Source: Carcharhinus amblyrhynchos (Eukaryota). From it: a stretch of DNA of 64,000 nucleotides. This document shows, in pieces, positions 1 through 12,485 of the stretch; positions within the stretch are counted from its first letter, which is position 1, and each line of letters starts with the position of its first letter. A program made the position numbers and the translations under genes. The notes under the pieces were generated by a model. The model searched no databases. It saw only the letters and a program-made list of their open reading frames with translations, and had not been told where the DNA came from. The stretch spans positions 21,638,001-21,702,000 of the forward strand of contig OZ336884.1 of assembly GCA_965287045.1 (NCBI GenBank). The letters run 5' to 3'.

Positions 1-343
1 CCACAGGGTATGTTGAAAATTGATTCTGGGGTCATTATAATATGCAATACTTTACAACTGATTGAAGCAGATGCATCATTCTCATTCAAAGGGCGAATTC
101 AATTAGTATTTTTAAAATATCGTAAACAGCAGGGGCGAAGCTGGCAAACGGATTCCAGAGGTCTTTAGTGGGGTACAGGCAGCTCTGTGATATATTTCTC
201 TGCATCACATTACCTGCCCTTCTCCTCTAGTCAAACATGCTTCTGTTTCTAACTAACCATTGCCCGTATTTCAGCCTCTGTCTGCTCCTCCCTCACTCCC
301 ATTCCCGCTTTCAGCCGGCCCCTCTCTTCCCCTCCTTCCCTAC

Positions 344-571
344 CAGACTATCCGTCTCATTCTCCCCTCGGACGCCTTCCTCCTTGGGCACTGGGCTGGA
401 GCTGCCCTCGGGCGCTTTCCTCTCGCTCCGCTTCGACACCGTCCTCCTGTGCCACAGATAGACGGCGCCGGCCCCTAGCAGGAGGGGGCCGCCGATAGCG
501 AGGGCCAGCTGCCAGCGGGGCAGGCCGGAGCCGGAGCCGCTCTGCGAGTCCACTGGTTTCAAGGCCGCCAT
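344..571 (-). CDS. TOMM70: TOMM70 (mitochondrial import receptor Tom70), first coding exon (76 aa); the rest of the gene lies left of the window
   Basis: ATG at 571-569 gives MAALKPVDSQSGSGSGLPRWQLALAIGGPLLLGAGAVYLWHRR...RKAPEG.SSP, matching the vertebrate Tom70 N-terminal signal-anchor (LPRWQLALA.G.PLLLGAGA.YLW, RK.PEG..SP). Phase-0 donor CTG|GTAGGG at 344/343; 228 nt = 76 codons. Confidence 0.93.
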
Positions 572-720
572 CACGGAGCAGGCAGCAAGAGGCCGAAGCA
601 GGGGTCAAGGGGAAAGTCACGCGGCAGCAACTACTTCCGGAGCACATCCTCCTCCAATCACAGCGAACGCCAGGTAGGGGTAGGAGGAGTCATTGCAGCG
701 CCACTGCTCGGCGTGGAGGA
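380..720. promoter_or_regulatory. CpG island / TOMM70 promoter
   Basis: High CpG/GC. ETS/GABP site ACTTCCGG at 633-640, YY1-like GCCGCCATC over the start codon, CCAAT near 655. Confidence 0.8.
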
Positions 721-1067
721 GCAAAGGACAGAAGTAGTCCCCATTGCTTCTTGCAACATCTCCATCACTTTATCTCAATACTTCTTATGTTCATACATTT
801 TTATCATCCTTTTTCTTCTGGGATTTTCTCCCCGTTGGCTCACAAAGGTGCAATCATGAACCGGTTTTCAGGGATCTCCAACCTATTTTTCTCCATATCA
901 GATTTCTGCATTTATTGATTTAGTAGAGCAGAATTCATAAATAACATTCTCAGTGTGTCATGCCTACTGTCAGTCTTTTTGGATACTTGGTCAGCATGTT
1001 AGCACTTCGTATCAAAAATCAGCAACAACTCCCTTCATTCCCGTTGAGTCCAGCTTTGCATTCAGTA

Positions 1068-1222
1068 TGAAAGCGAAATACTGCGGATGCTGGAATCTGA
1101 AACAAAATCAGAAAATGTAAAATCTCAGCAGATCTGATTGCATCTGTGGAGAAAGAAAAGAGCCAATGTTTCGAGTTCTGATGACCTGCCGAGATTTTAC
1201 AGCATTTTCTGTCTCTGTTTGA
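1068..1222 (-). mobile_element. Penelope-like-derived short repeat (family 2) with internal inversion and partial hammerhead motif
   Basis: Shares ATACTGCGGATGCTGGAATCTGAA...CATCTGTGGAGA..TGTTTCGAGT with 28660-28778 and, in reverse, 44275-44402. The ends fold back. Confidence 0.55.
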
Positions 1223-3889
1223 ACTTAATATATTGGTTATGTTGAGCAATCCCTTTCACTACTCTCCAAGTGCTAATGTCTCTGCTGTCTTTTTACTGTA
1301 ATTGAACCAGTGAAGAAAACAGTTTATTAGCATTATTACCTTAGTTTCCCTCCCTCCACACATGCTGGCAACTCTGAGACTTGTTTTTGTTTCAGTTTCC
1401 AGCATCCATTGTGTTTTGCTTTTCCATTTATCGACCATCTAAAAACAAAGGAACGGGGCCCCAAGTCCATTCATCAGATCAAAATTAGTTTGCCCAAGCA
1501 GATAGAAGGGAATAGAAACTTCATGAAAGAGGTAGGTTTTAAGAGGGTCTTGAAAGAGGAGAGAGGTGGTAAGGCAGCCACATTTATGGAAATTAAAAGC
1601 TCAACGGAGCCAGTGAAAGCACTAGACAAAATAGGCGGCTGTCCAGAGTGACCAAATTTAGCAGGGAGGGGGCTGCAAAAAACTGAATGAATTCTTCATG
1701 AAATTAAATATGTACACAAACAGGGAATGAAATGCCTAGATCTAGGTCTATTGGTATGTTTAAATTTAAGTTTATTTATTAGTGTCATTAGCAGGCTTAC
1801 ATTAACACTACAATTAAGTTACTGTGAAAATCTCCATATTCTAACACACATATAGATTTTTATGTATTTACATTAAAAAATTTAGATTATATTCCACATT
1901 CTGTTTATGCTATGTTTTTACAAAGTTGTCCTAAATCTGATTATTTCAAAAATGCAAATCAGCAAACATATCAAAAAATGTAATTTAACTTAGTCCATTC
2001 TATTGTAATGATTATTGATTGGTCATAAAATCATCTGGTTGCTGGGGCAGGAACACACATCATGTGAGCCATACTACACATTAGAATGCACATTTCTTCT
2101 TGTACATATCCTATGAGAACTGTAGAACAACGAGTATCATAATATTCTTCTTTCTCGTGTGGAAATGGTGGCGTGATGTTAATGACTCTGGATTAGTCAT
2201 CCAGAGGCCCAGGCTAATGCTCTAGGGTTCTAAAGATACTGGTGGCTCTCTGATACCTAGCTCATGACCAGAAATTCCTCAAAGTTGGTCCCTCTCCACC
2301 AGCCTTATTTACCAGAAACTCTCTTTGGTGGATTGAACCTAATCCATGTGTTTTTTTTTGGTTTTGTGTAATAATTCTAATTTCTAATTTGAAACATACA
2401 TAGGTAAAGGAGAAAGGATGGCCATTTTGCAATCCTCTCTTTGTGGTATCCATAAATTGAGTATGACACATCTAAAAGAGCAATACTTTATAAAAAAAAT
2501 TAACAACAACTCTGATGGGAAAGCAAAATAACAGTAGGAAGAAGATTTTCACTTTTTTAAAAATGTTGGGACCTCGGTCTGGATTATTGCTTGCCCTTTT
2601 TTATCTCAGAACAGAATTCAGATTCAGCTGAGGCTGAACAGATCTCCTAAACAGGAGAAGAGTTCCACATACATGGAACTGCAACACATAGTTGGTTCTA
2701 AATTGAACTGAAGCTCTACGTGGCAGCAGGAACAAGCCTGGGTATTTTTTTTGTCAGGCTTCTAGCTTCCCGAAAGTGGGGAGCTAGCGGGAGAGGCTAA
2801 GTGGGCCCGGAGAATTCACTCCTGGGCTCGCTAATACCACTTAAATGATATTTAATATATAATTTAAATTCTAACCCCGCCTCCCCAGAAATCTGGTACT
2901 GGGAGAGCTAGAGGGACGCGAAGACTCACACCAATTCTGCGCATCACCCCCCCCCCCAGCGTAATTCTCCCCAAAAAATTAGCTCAGCAAGATGGGAGAA
3001 ATGCGGCCATTGAATTTTTGACACATGACCAACTGTTGGAATTTTCTGATACTGAACTAACTGGTGTGAGACACGAAAATGCCACATAAGTTCAGTTAGA
3101 GATTCATTTCTGAAACTGAAGGTATGTGCTGGTAATGAAAGTGGTCCTGTTCCAGTTTCTAAAGCTCCTTGACACATATTCTATGCTTTGTATGGATCTT
3201 CGGTTCCTACCATGCACTAAAAGACGGGCTTGTGCCTTGCAATGCATGAATCATGTACTGTCTGATTGCAATTCTCATTATGTTTTATTTGTTACTCTCT
3301 TTCCTCAAGAAGTGTAGAATATTTAATTATTGTAGAACATTTACAAGTTATAAGTACGGAAAAATCCTAAAGCTCCTTTACAATCATCAGTGATGATAGA
3401 TGTCGTTATTTCCAGAAATTAGCTCCAGATATTTATTTAATAGAGCCACTCGGACACTGAATGCCTCACAATTGCATCAATAACAAATACTTTGTTGCTA
3501 TCTCCTACCGTTTTATCACTAAAATCAACTATCCAGGAAGATACACCCTTCACAAAAGCTGTTGATTGAATAGCAGATTTTCCAGCTGGCTCTGGTCTGA
3601 ACTTTCTGTTGTTTCAACTCGTAGCATTTGTGTTCAGAAGAGCAGATGAGCAAACAATTTGTCAGCCAAACTAAAGTTAAGTACACCCCCACCAACTGCT
3701 CATCATCCGACCACCTCTTCTAATGAATACTGATTGTACAAGATAATAAAATTGATTCAGAATGCAACCTGTAATTTTCTATTGAGAAGAGATACATCAC
3801 AAATGTTCTGTGTGAGAAATATCTTACCACACTTGGATAGCCCGTTAAAAAGTTGCACAGGATTGCAGACTGATTTTCTGCAGTTAGGT

Positions 3890-4030
3890 AGACTGGTTGG
3901 TTCAGCTGGTTGGATGGCTGCTTTGTGAGCAATGCCAACAATGCAGGATTCAGTCCCTGTTCTGGCTGAGGTAGGTTTGGGGCCTGCCCCCACACCCTGC
4001 CCTGTAGTAAAATCTTGGCACAAGCTGTGG
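3890..4030 (+). mobile_element. tRNA-headed SINE fragment (second SINE family)
   Basis: GGTTCAGCTGGTTGGATGGCTG...GCAGGATTCAGTCC head, similar to the reverse complement of 15815-16030. Confidence 0.45.
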
Positions 4031-4465
4031 TTTGGCAATGAATAATTGAGAATGCTACCTAAAGAAAGAGATTTAACAGGATTGTTACCCTCAAACTTGG
4101 GTCTACTGCTACCTGAACAAAGACAGTCAAAGTACCATGGGTTGGCCATGGTAGATTGCCCCCCGTGTGTCAGGGGGACTAGCTAGGGTAAATGCATGGA
4201 GCTATGAGAATAGGCCCTGGGTGGGATTGTGGCCAGTGCAGACTCAACAGGCCAAACAGCCTCCTTCCACATAACCATCAGACTACAGGGTTGTCACCAT
4301 TGAATGATAGTGTGTGATTTATCTCAAAAATGAGGTTGCAGTAATGCACCAAGATTTAACATCCAGTTTAAGCTGGTGGTGATTTATTGAATGTAAGGTA
4401 TTTCTAGCCACAGATTTTTAAATAATAGTGAAACATGCCAGAAAAACAACAAATATAGAGTTACA

Positions 4466-4651
4466 GGGGGGAATTCTCCTACCACCTGGCCACATGTTTC
4501 TTGGTGGCGGGAGGTGGCATACTGGTTGCTGGCAGTGGGACTCTGTGCTCCTACCTCTGTCAGTGGGATTTCCCATTGATGCAACCCTACATTGCTGTGA
4601 AACATATGGGATGAGATGGGCAGCCGGCGTGAATGGCTGGAGAAATCCTCC
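4466..4651. mobile_element. PIF/Harbinger-type MITE
   Basis: Imperfect TIRs GGGGGAATTCTCC ... GGAGAAATCCTCC. Confidence 0.5.
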
Positions 4652-4682
4652 TACAATCTATACTCAACTTTAACAACATATT

Positions 4683-4966
4683 AAAGTTAAGTTTATTTAT
4701 TAGCCATGAGTAAGGCTTCCATTAACACTGCAATGAAGTTACTGTGAAATTCTCCTAGTCGCCACAGTCTGGCACCTGTTCGGGTCAACGCACCTAACCA
4801 GCACGTCTTTCAGAGTGTGGGAGGAAAGCGGAGCACTCGGAGGAAACCCATGCAGACATGGGGAGAGCATACAAACTCTACACAGACAATGACGCAAGCC
4901 AGTAATTGAACCTGGGTCCCTGGCACTTGAGGCAGCAGTGATAACCATTGTGCAACTCTGCTGCCC
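4683..4966 (-). mobile_element. HE1/V-SINE-type tRNA-derived SINE
   Basis: Reverse complement has the tRNA-like head (GCACAATGGTTATCACTGCTGCCTCA...GGTTCAATT), the V-domain (TTTGTATGCTCTCCCCATGTCTGCATGGGTTTCCTCC) and the family tail. Confidence 0.85.
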
Positions 4967-5584
4967 CGATTCAGAAAATTCAGACAAGTCTGCATTGTAG
5001 AGGAAACTGAAGCCCAGTTTGAAAGATGCTGTCATAGACAGGTTTTTCTGTACTGTATTAGAAACAATTGCTGATCTGTTAGCTCTAACTTCTATTGGCC
5101 CATGTTTATACTTTCATACAAATACTTCAAAGCTATAACTTAGGTAACAGTAAGCTGTGATTTAAAATTGAGAAACAAACTTTGAAATCTCTTTGAGTTG
5201 TTTTCTTTTGGACTGGGTGGATGTTTGACTCAAAGCACCAGCTGAAGAAGTAAATATTTTCAAAACCGCAAGGTACTTATTTAAGTGAACTAGTAAAATG
5301 ATCATAAAGATAGGGTGGGCAGCTTGTGAAGTAACCTGTCTGAATACTATGATATAATTTTAAAATATGCATAGTCAGTCTGAGCTGGTGGTAGAATCTG
5401 CACCTCTTGAAGTTGTGGTTTCAATTCTTACATGAGGACATAAGCACATTGCTGCAGGTGATATTTCAGTGAGTAACTGACATTACTGGAGCTGATGACA
5501 GAGAGAGCTGCATTGTTGTCCCCAAGGTTTGATTGGGCCTGTTAAAGTGGTTAGAAAAGATGCATAGAAAGCATTCAGGCTTCT

Positions 5585-5778
5585 AGGTTGGAGGCGCTGG
5601 TTCAGGCTGCAATCAGGAGAAGGAGGATCTTTCGTTTTGCCTGCGAGCAGAAAATTTTTCAGGCAACTTCAAAAGGGAAGATGTCATTGAAGGGATTAAT
5701 CCCACAGGCTTAGCTCCCAGGACATGGCTGTAATACAGGAAAACATTCAATGACCTCAGCAGAGTTACCGAGGTAAGG
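5585..5778 (+). pseudogene. Decayed Myb/SANT-like (Harbinger ORF2) remnant
   Basis: LEALVQAAIRRRRI... and RTWL*YRKTFNDLSR resemble the RTWxQCRKKFNDL motif of Harbinger Myb/SANT proteins. In-frame stop and frameshift; donor GAG|GTAAGG. Confidence 0.55.
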
Positions 5779-5917
5779 AAATTGCCTCTCACTCCAATTA
5801 CTCTCCACATCTCTGCACCAGAAGCCATATTACCCAAATACTCCCTCTCCATGCTTCCCTCCATACTGCAACAACTTTATTCCAACTACCTGTCCTCCCG
5901 CTCTGCACTCCTTTCCA

Positions 5918-6220
5918 GGGGCGGCACAGTGGCACAGTAGTTAACACTGCTGCCTCACAGCATCAGGGACCTGAGTTTGATTCCCAGCTTTGATCTCTGT
6001 CCATGCGGAGTTTGCATGTTCTCCCCATGTCTGTGTAGGTTTCCTCAGGGTGCTCTGGTTTCCTCCCACAATCCAATGGTGTGCTGGTGAGTTGAATTGG
6101 CCATGTCAAATTCTCCCTCATTGTACCCGTACAGGCACCGTAGTGTGGCAATTAGGGGATTTTCACAGTAACTTCATTACAGTGTTAATGTAAGATTACT
6201 TATAATTAATAACTAAACTT
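5918..6220 (+). mobile_element. HE1/V-SINE-type SINE, near full length
   Basis: GGGGCGGCACAGTGGCACAGTAGTTAACACTGCTGCCTCACAG head, V-domain, tail CAGTAACTTCATTACAGTGTTAATGTAAG. Confidence 0.88.
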
Positions 6221-7221
6221 TTTAACATTTTCCTAACCTCACCATTATTTCAACCCTCTTCACCATGCACCTTATACCTTCCACGCCATGAAAGAACTAC
6301 TAAACTATGTTAGAAATATTCTCAAAGCCACTTTACAAGGTTGTCACTTGCACATTCCCTCCCTTTGTTCAGAACATAGGAGGCTTAGCATGCCTGCACA
6401 CCCTGTGTGCCTTTGGAGAAAACTTGCTGGGCATAATGTGCAAGGGAAAAGTCATAAAGCTAGTCCGTGGTGAAGTTTTACTCAGGGTTCTTCAGAATGT
6501 TTCCTTTCTTGTTTCTGTTTCACCTTGCGCACACAGCATAATGAAAGGCAGTTGCGTTTGGCAACTATTTCCCTCTCCACTCATCCTTCATATTTAATCT
6601 GACCCTTGTCCATTTCTTTCATTACAACTGCTGGAAATATCAGTGCCTTTGTACCAATTTAGGCAGAAGATGTCAACCTTCCTGAAGATGCAGCATCATT
6701 CAATCTAACTTTGCATGGACTAGCTCAGAGGCTGGCAACGCAGGCACTTCAGAGGATAGGCTAGAGGAGAGTTACATTGCGAGTTGCTCGCTACCGATTG
6801 GCAGGAAATGGGGTGGGGGATAGGACTTAGAATTTCCAGCTCGCCACATGTTGAGGTCACGTACTAACCCTGCTGCAGAGGACTCCAATTCATATTTCAC
6901 AGAGTCAGGCGTTTGATAAAGGCTGATTGGAAATACAAAGTGCACAGGACAGCTTGACAACAATTGTGCATACAGGTGATGCAGATCATGGAATTCTGCC
7001 AAGTCCCCCTCACTGACAGTGGGACTCATTCTGCCATGCTGCTTTAAGAATGGGACCTGTCACATCCTTTTGGTTGCAGCTCTTCTACAAGATAAAAGTT
7101 CAGTTCCTTTTCATTACTGGGGTGTTGATAACTCAGCTGTCCTGAATGCTGGTTTTAAAAGAAAAAACTTGTATCATGGATTAACACAGAACATAACTGT
7201 TCTATTCACTGGGGAAACACA

Positions 7222-7744
7222 TTGAAGCAGCATTTACTTCAGTTATACAAGGCATTTGTGAGACTGTATCTCAAATACTGTGTGCAGTTTTGGTCTCCTT
7301 ATTTAAGGAAGGATGGAAATGCAGATTGGAGGCAGTTCAGAGGAGATTGATACTTGGAATGAATGGATTGTCTTAAATAAGATAGAAGAACTGGGCTGGT
7401 CTCCATTGGAGATTAGAAAGTGAGGGATGACTTGATTGAAGTCTGTGAGATCCTGAACAATATTGACGAGGTGGACATTGAAAGGATGTTTCCTCTTCAT
7501 TAAGGGGTACATACTTAAAACTTAAGAGTTATACTTCTTAGACAGAGGTGAGGAGAAATCTTTTCTCTCAGTGGGTCGTGTGACTTTGGAATGCTGCCTC
7601 AGCAGGCAGTGGAAGTGGAATCATCGAATATTTTTAAGGTAGAGGTACATAGATTCTTATTGGAAAAGGGAATTAAAGTTAGTCAGGGTAAATGGGGAAT
7701 GTGGAACTCAACACAAACAGCTCAGCCATGATCTTGTAGAATGA
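7222..7744 (+). mobile_element. CR1-clade LINE 3' fragment (continues briefly after 8516)
   Basis: Decayed LVRP.LEYCVQFWSP...LRGDLIEV..I..RRNFFSQ.VV.LWN coding and the CAGCCATGATCTT 3' UTR. Confidence 0.8.
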
Positions 7745-7798
7745 GTAAAAAGTCTGACAACACCAGGTTTTAGTCCAACCTATTTATTTGATAATATA

Positions 7799-7836
7799 CT
7801 CACAAGCTTTCGGGGTCAGCCCCTTCGTCAGGTGAA
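7799..7836 (-). ncRNA. Minimal type I hammerhead ribozyme motif (left-arm copy)
   Basis: Reverse complement: TTCAC CTGACGA A GGGG CTGA CCCC GAAA GCTT GTGAG. Confidence 0.7.
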
Positions 7837-8382
7837 TGGAGAGTTCTGGCCTCAGACAGAGCATATAAAGCACAGACAGCTTAGAGATTACTGATTAGAA
7901 TGCGAATCCTTACACCTAACCTGCTGTTCAAGACCTGAAGTGGCTGATAATGTGAGTGGAAGGAGCACTGATGACAGTTTAAAGAGATGTGTATTGTCTC
8001 CAGACAGTACAGTAAGTGAGGTTTTGCAAACCCAGGCAAGTCACGGGGGTTACAGATAGTGCGACATGAACCCAAGATCCCTGTTGAGACCGTCCTCATG
8101 TGTGCGGAACTTGGCTATCAGTCTGACGGTCTCAACAGGGATCTTGGGTTCATGTCGCACTATCTGTAACCCCCGTGACTTGCCTGGGTTTGCAAAACCT
8201 CACTTACTGTACTGTCTGGAGACAATACACATCTCTTTAAACTGTCATCAGTGCTCCTTCCACTCACATTATCAGCCACTTCAGGTCTTGAACAGCAGGT
8301 TAGGTGTAAGGATTCGCATTCTAATCAGTAATCTCTAAACTGTCTGTGCTTTATATGCTCTGTCTGAGGCCAGAACTCTCCA

Positions 8383-8420
8383 TTCACCTGACGAAGGGGC
8401 TAACCCCGAAAGCTTGTGAG
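8383..8420 (+). ncRNA. Minimal type I hammerhead ribozyme motif (right-arm copy)
   Basis: TTCAC CTGACGA A GGGG CTAA CCCC GAAA GCTT GTGAG: stem I TCAC/GTGA, core CUGANGA and GAAA, stem II GGGG/CCCC, palindromic stem III AAGCTT. Confidence 0.72.
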
Positions 8421-9329
8421 TATATTATCAAATAAATAGGTTGGACTAAAACCTGGTGTTGTCAGACTTTTTACTGTGTTTACGCCAGTCCAACGCCGGC
8501 ATACCCACATCATGACTTGTAGAATGATGCATCAGGCGCGAGGGGTTGCTTCTATTTTGTATGTTTGTATGAAGATATGCACTTTGTGCTGTCACCAGAG
8601 GAAAGCTCTGTTGTGCAACACAATAACAGCACCTATAGTACCTCATCACACATACAAGACAATGATTGATAGATATTTGGATATTATGGGAATTAAGGGA
8701 TATGGGATTAGTACAAGACAAGAAGAGGTGAGGTAGAATAATAGCCACAATTACAACACAGCAGCTCAAGGGCCATATTACTTATTCTTGCTGCTATTTC
8801 TTATGTTGTATATTAACTCCTATTAAGGGCAAAGTCAACACTAAAAGGGAATGTGGGTGCATAATACAGCGGCAACATTGCAGCATCAACCCTGCAAAGC
8901 ATGACCCCTTGAAATCGAGCTCCCCATCTCGCTGGTGCAGGTGCTCAATTTATTCTATAGAATATTAAACTTGTTTATACGCTTTTTAAAAAAATATTGT
9001 CCAGTTAGTTTTCCACTGGTGTGATCAAGGTGTTAGCGGATCAAAAATGATTTGCAGTGATAGTTGAGTTAATGTTTAAAGAGCAATGTTTGTAGAAGTA
9101 TAAGGGGCCATTGTACTATGACCATGTGAACTGGATTGCTTGCGTACTGAGCAGGTTAGGTAATATATGAGAGTTTTGTTTATGTATTAGTGTGTGAGTC
9201 TTGCTGCCTGCAGAGAGATTTGGCAAGGAATTGGCAAATAAATGCGGGCCTTGCCAACAATGCCCTCATCCCGAGGAGAATCATCTGGCAGAACTTCAGC
9301 ACTAGATTGGGCACCATCAAGAGATCACC

Positions 9330-9765
9330 ACCATAGAACCCCTTTAGTGCTGAAGGAGGCTGTTCAGCCCACCAAGACTGCATTGACTCTCTGACAGTGT
9401 GTCTTAACCAGGCCCAACCCCCTCCACCCTGTCCTATCCCCATAACCCCACACATTTACCATGGCTAATCCATGAGTGGCACAGCAGTTAGCACTGCTGT
9501 CTCACAGTGCCAGGGACCTGGGTTTGATTCCCAGCTTGGGTCACTGTCCGTATGGAGTCTGCACATTCTCCCTGTGTCTGTGTGAGTTTTCTCTGGGTGC
9601 TCCGTTTTCCTCCCACAGTCTGAAAGACATGCTGGCCATGCTACATTCTCCCCCAGTGTAACCGAACTGGTGCCAGAGTACGGCAACTAGGGGATTTTCG
9701 CAGTAACTACATTGCAGTGTTAATGTAAACCTACTTGTGACACTAATAAATAAATTTTAAACTTT
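9330..9765. mobile_element. Two V-SINE pieces (minus 3' part 9330-9468; plus copy 9476-9765)
   Basis: Family head, V-domain and both tail types are recognisable. Confidence 0.8.
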
Positions 9766-10134
9766 ATTTTAGTGGGCATTTCTTCAGGATCACTCTCAGT
9801 ATCCTTGCTCTGTGTCTGACTTTAGTTGGACTTCTTCACCATTTCCTTGATTAGATCTCTCCGGATGGTAACATTGTATTGCAATTAGCTAACGATCATC
9901 TCGGAGACTCTGGGAAGGATATAGGATATTAGGCCTTCTGATCGGCCTGGAGATAAAGAGTGCTACCTAAGGATGCCTATGGTGTAGCTTATGATGACCT
10001 GATTGACTGTATTACTCGCAATGTGTGCACTCTTGGCTGTTGCAGCTGCAACTATCTTCACATTGAAGCTTCTTTTTCAAGGCATACAGGCACAAAGAAT
10101 TGTCTGAAAACAGATGAATCAAGGAAGAAAATCT

Positions 10135-10345
10135 AGAATAGTCCAATTGTGGCCTAACTAGTGTTTTATAAAGGTTCAGCTTAACCTCCTGCCCTGCTTC
10201 TTTAATCTTTATTAATATAGCCAAGCATCCCAATACCTATTGGACAACCTTCTCAATTTGCCCTGAATTTGTGTACATACTTCCCCAGGTCTCTCTATTC
10301 CTATATTCCCTTTAAAATTATACTCATTCGTTTGCATTGCTTTTC
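10135..10345 (-). mobile_element. CR1 LINE fragment
   Basis: EVKLNLYKTLVRPQLDY motif. Confidence 0.7.
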
Positions 10346-10374
10346 CAAATGAGTACTTGGCATTGATACTCCCA

Positions 10375-11050
10375 ATGAGAAGAACATGGAGGATAATGAG
10401 TTTAGTGTGGAGCATGCTAATATGCGAGGGCATTTTGAGATCAAGAAAGAAGTGGAATTGGTTCTCTTAAAGAGGAATAAGATGGATAAGTCTCCAGGAC
10501 CCGATGGGATCAACCCTAGATTATTGAGAGAGGCAAGAGAAGAGATTACTGGGACCCTGACAAAAATCTTTGTAACCTTGCTAACTGCTGGAGAAGACCC
10601 AGAGGAATGGTGAGTAGCTGATGTTATTCGTCTGTTCAAGAAAGAAAAAAGGGATAATGCAGGAATTTATAGACTGGTGAGTCTCAAATTGGTGTTTGGG
10701 AAGATTTTGGAGAGGATTCTAAGGAGTAGGATTTACACATATTTGGAAAAGCATGGCCCAATTAGGGAAAGTCAGCATGGCTTTGTGCAAATCTTACTAA
10801 TTTGATTGATTTTTTTCGAGGAGGTGATCGATGAGGGTAGCACAATGGATGTTGTCTAAACTGATTTAAGTAAGGCTTTCGGCAAAGCCTCTCATGGCAG
10901 GCTCATACAGAAGATTAAGATGTGTAGAATCCATGGTGACCTGGCCACTTGGATTCAGAATTGGCTTGCCCACAGAAGTCAGGGAGTAGCGATGGAAGAT
11001 TGTTTTTCTGGCAGGAGGTCTGTGACTAGTGGTGTTCTGCAGGGATCTTT
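10375..11050 (+). mobile_element. CR1 LINE ORF2 reverse-transcriptase fragment (decayed)
   Basis: KMDKSPGPDGINPRLLRE, SQHGF, DLSKAF, WIQNWLAHRSQ, VTSGVLQGS motifs with frameshifts. Confidence 0.85.
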
Positions 11051-11084
11051 GCTGAGATGTCTAACAAATCTTAGAATTTTCCAT

Positions 11085-11515
11085 TTATTTATTTGGGTCA
11101 CAAGTAGGCTGATATTAACACTGCAATGAAGTGACAGTCAAAATCCTTTAGTCGCCACATTCCGGCACCTGTTCGGATACATGAGCACTCCGGACATTCT
11201 CTCTTCTACCTTCTTCCATCAGGAATAAGATACAAAAGTCTGAGGTCATGTACCAACTGACTCAAGAACAGCTTCTTCCCTGCTGCCACCAGACTTTAGA
11301 ATGGACTTACCTTGCATTAAGTTGATCTTTCTCTACACTCTAGCTACAACTGAAACATTACATTCTGCACTGTCTCACTTCCTTCTCTGTGAACAGTGTG
11401 CTTTGTTTGTATAGCAAGCAAGAAACAATACTTTTCATTGTATGCTAATACATGTGACAATAATAAATCAAATTAAACTTGAACTGAGGGAGAATTTAAC
11501 ATGGCTAATGCCCTG
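11085..11515. mobile_element. Minus-strand V-SINE tail split by a plus-strand Rex1/Babar-type LINE 3' end (about 11185-11475)
   Basis: The SINE sequence stops at about 11180 and resumes at about 11483 (ACTGAGGGAGAATTTAACATGGCTAATGC). The insert ends ACAATAATAAATCAAAT. Confidence 0.7.
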
Positions 11516-11516
11516 C

Positions 11517-12480
11517 AAAAAGTAAGAATAGGCAACAATATGTCCTCCACAATCATCCTCAACACCGGTGCCCCACAAGGCTGTGCTCTCAGCCCCCTAC
11601 AATACTCTTTATACATCCATGAATGTGCGACCAAATTACCATTCAACTTGATTTTCAAGTTTGCTGATGGCACTACCATAGTGGTGCCATCATAGTGGGT
11701 CAGATCTCAAACAATAATGAGACAGAGTACAGGAATGAGACAGAAAATATGTTGAACAACAATAATCTCTCCATCAATGTCAACAAAATGAAAGAGATAG
11801 CCGTTGATCTCAGAATGTGTAAAGGAGAACATGCCCCTGTCTACATCAATGGGGACAGAGTAGGAATGGTCGAGAGCTTCAAGTTTTTAGGTGTCCAAAT
11901 CACCAACAACCTGTCCTGGTCCCCCCATGCTGACACTATAGTTAAGAAAGCCCACCAACATTTCTACTTTCTCAGAAGACTAAGGAAATTTGGCATTTCA
12001 GCTACAACTCTCACCAACTTTTACAGATGCACCATAGAAAGCATTCTTTCCGGTTATATTGCAGCGTGGAATGGCTCCTACTCTGTCCAAGATCACGAGA
12101 AACTACATGGGGTCATGACTGAAACCGGCCTTCCCCCATTGACACTGTCTCCACTTCCAGCTGCCTTGAAAAAGCAGCCAGAATATAAAAAGGACCCCAC
12201 ACACCCTGGACGTTCTTTCTAGTGCCTTCTTCCAATGGGAGAAAGATACAAAATGTACCAACTGACTCAAGAATAGCTTTCTTCCCTGTTGCCATCAAAC
12301 TTTTAAATGGACCTACCTTGCATTAAGTTAATCTTTCTCTTCACCCTAGCTATGACTGTAACATTACATTCTGCACTCTCAGTTTTTCTTCTCTATGAAC
12401 AGTATACTTTGTGTAGTGCACAAAAAGCAATAATTTTCGCTGTATATTAGTACATGTGACAATAATAAATCAAATCAAAC
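11517..12480 (+). mobile_element. Rex1/Babar-type LINE RT C-terminus and 3' UTR
   Basis: TGAPQGCALSPL.YSLY.H, KFADGTT, VESFKFLGVQIT, KKAHQ..YFLRRLRKF, FYRCTIESIL motifs; (ATCAA)n tail. Confidence 0.85.
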
Positions 12481-12485
12481 ATAAC

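Larger units (their letters stand above)
7744..8515. mobile_element. Penelope-like element 3' end with inverted pLTR (palindrome; arms 7744-8094 and 8125-8475), TSD CTTGTAGAATGA
   Basis: Minus strand from 8124 reads RLIAKFRTHEDGLNRDLGFMSHYL* (GIY-YIG C-terminal GLN motif). The 351-bp arms are nearly identical. 12-bp direct repeat at 7733-7744 and 8516-8527. Confidence 0.88.

Noticed and set aside
5918-5990. tRNA-like sequences at SINE heads
   Set aside because: These are tRNA-derived SINE promoters, not tRNA genes.
7881-8338. Two ORFs on opposite strands with identical peptides
   Set aside because: Artefact of the palindrome; the meaningful frame is the Penelope GIY-YIG tail.
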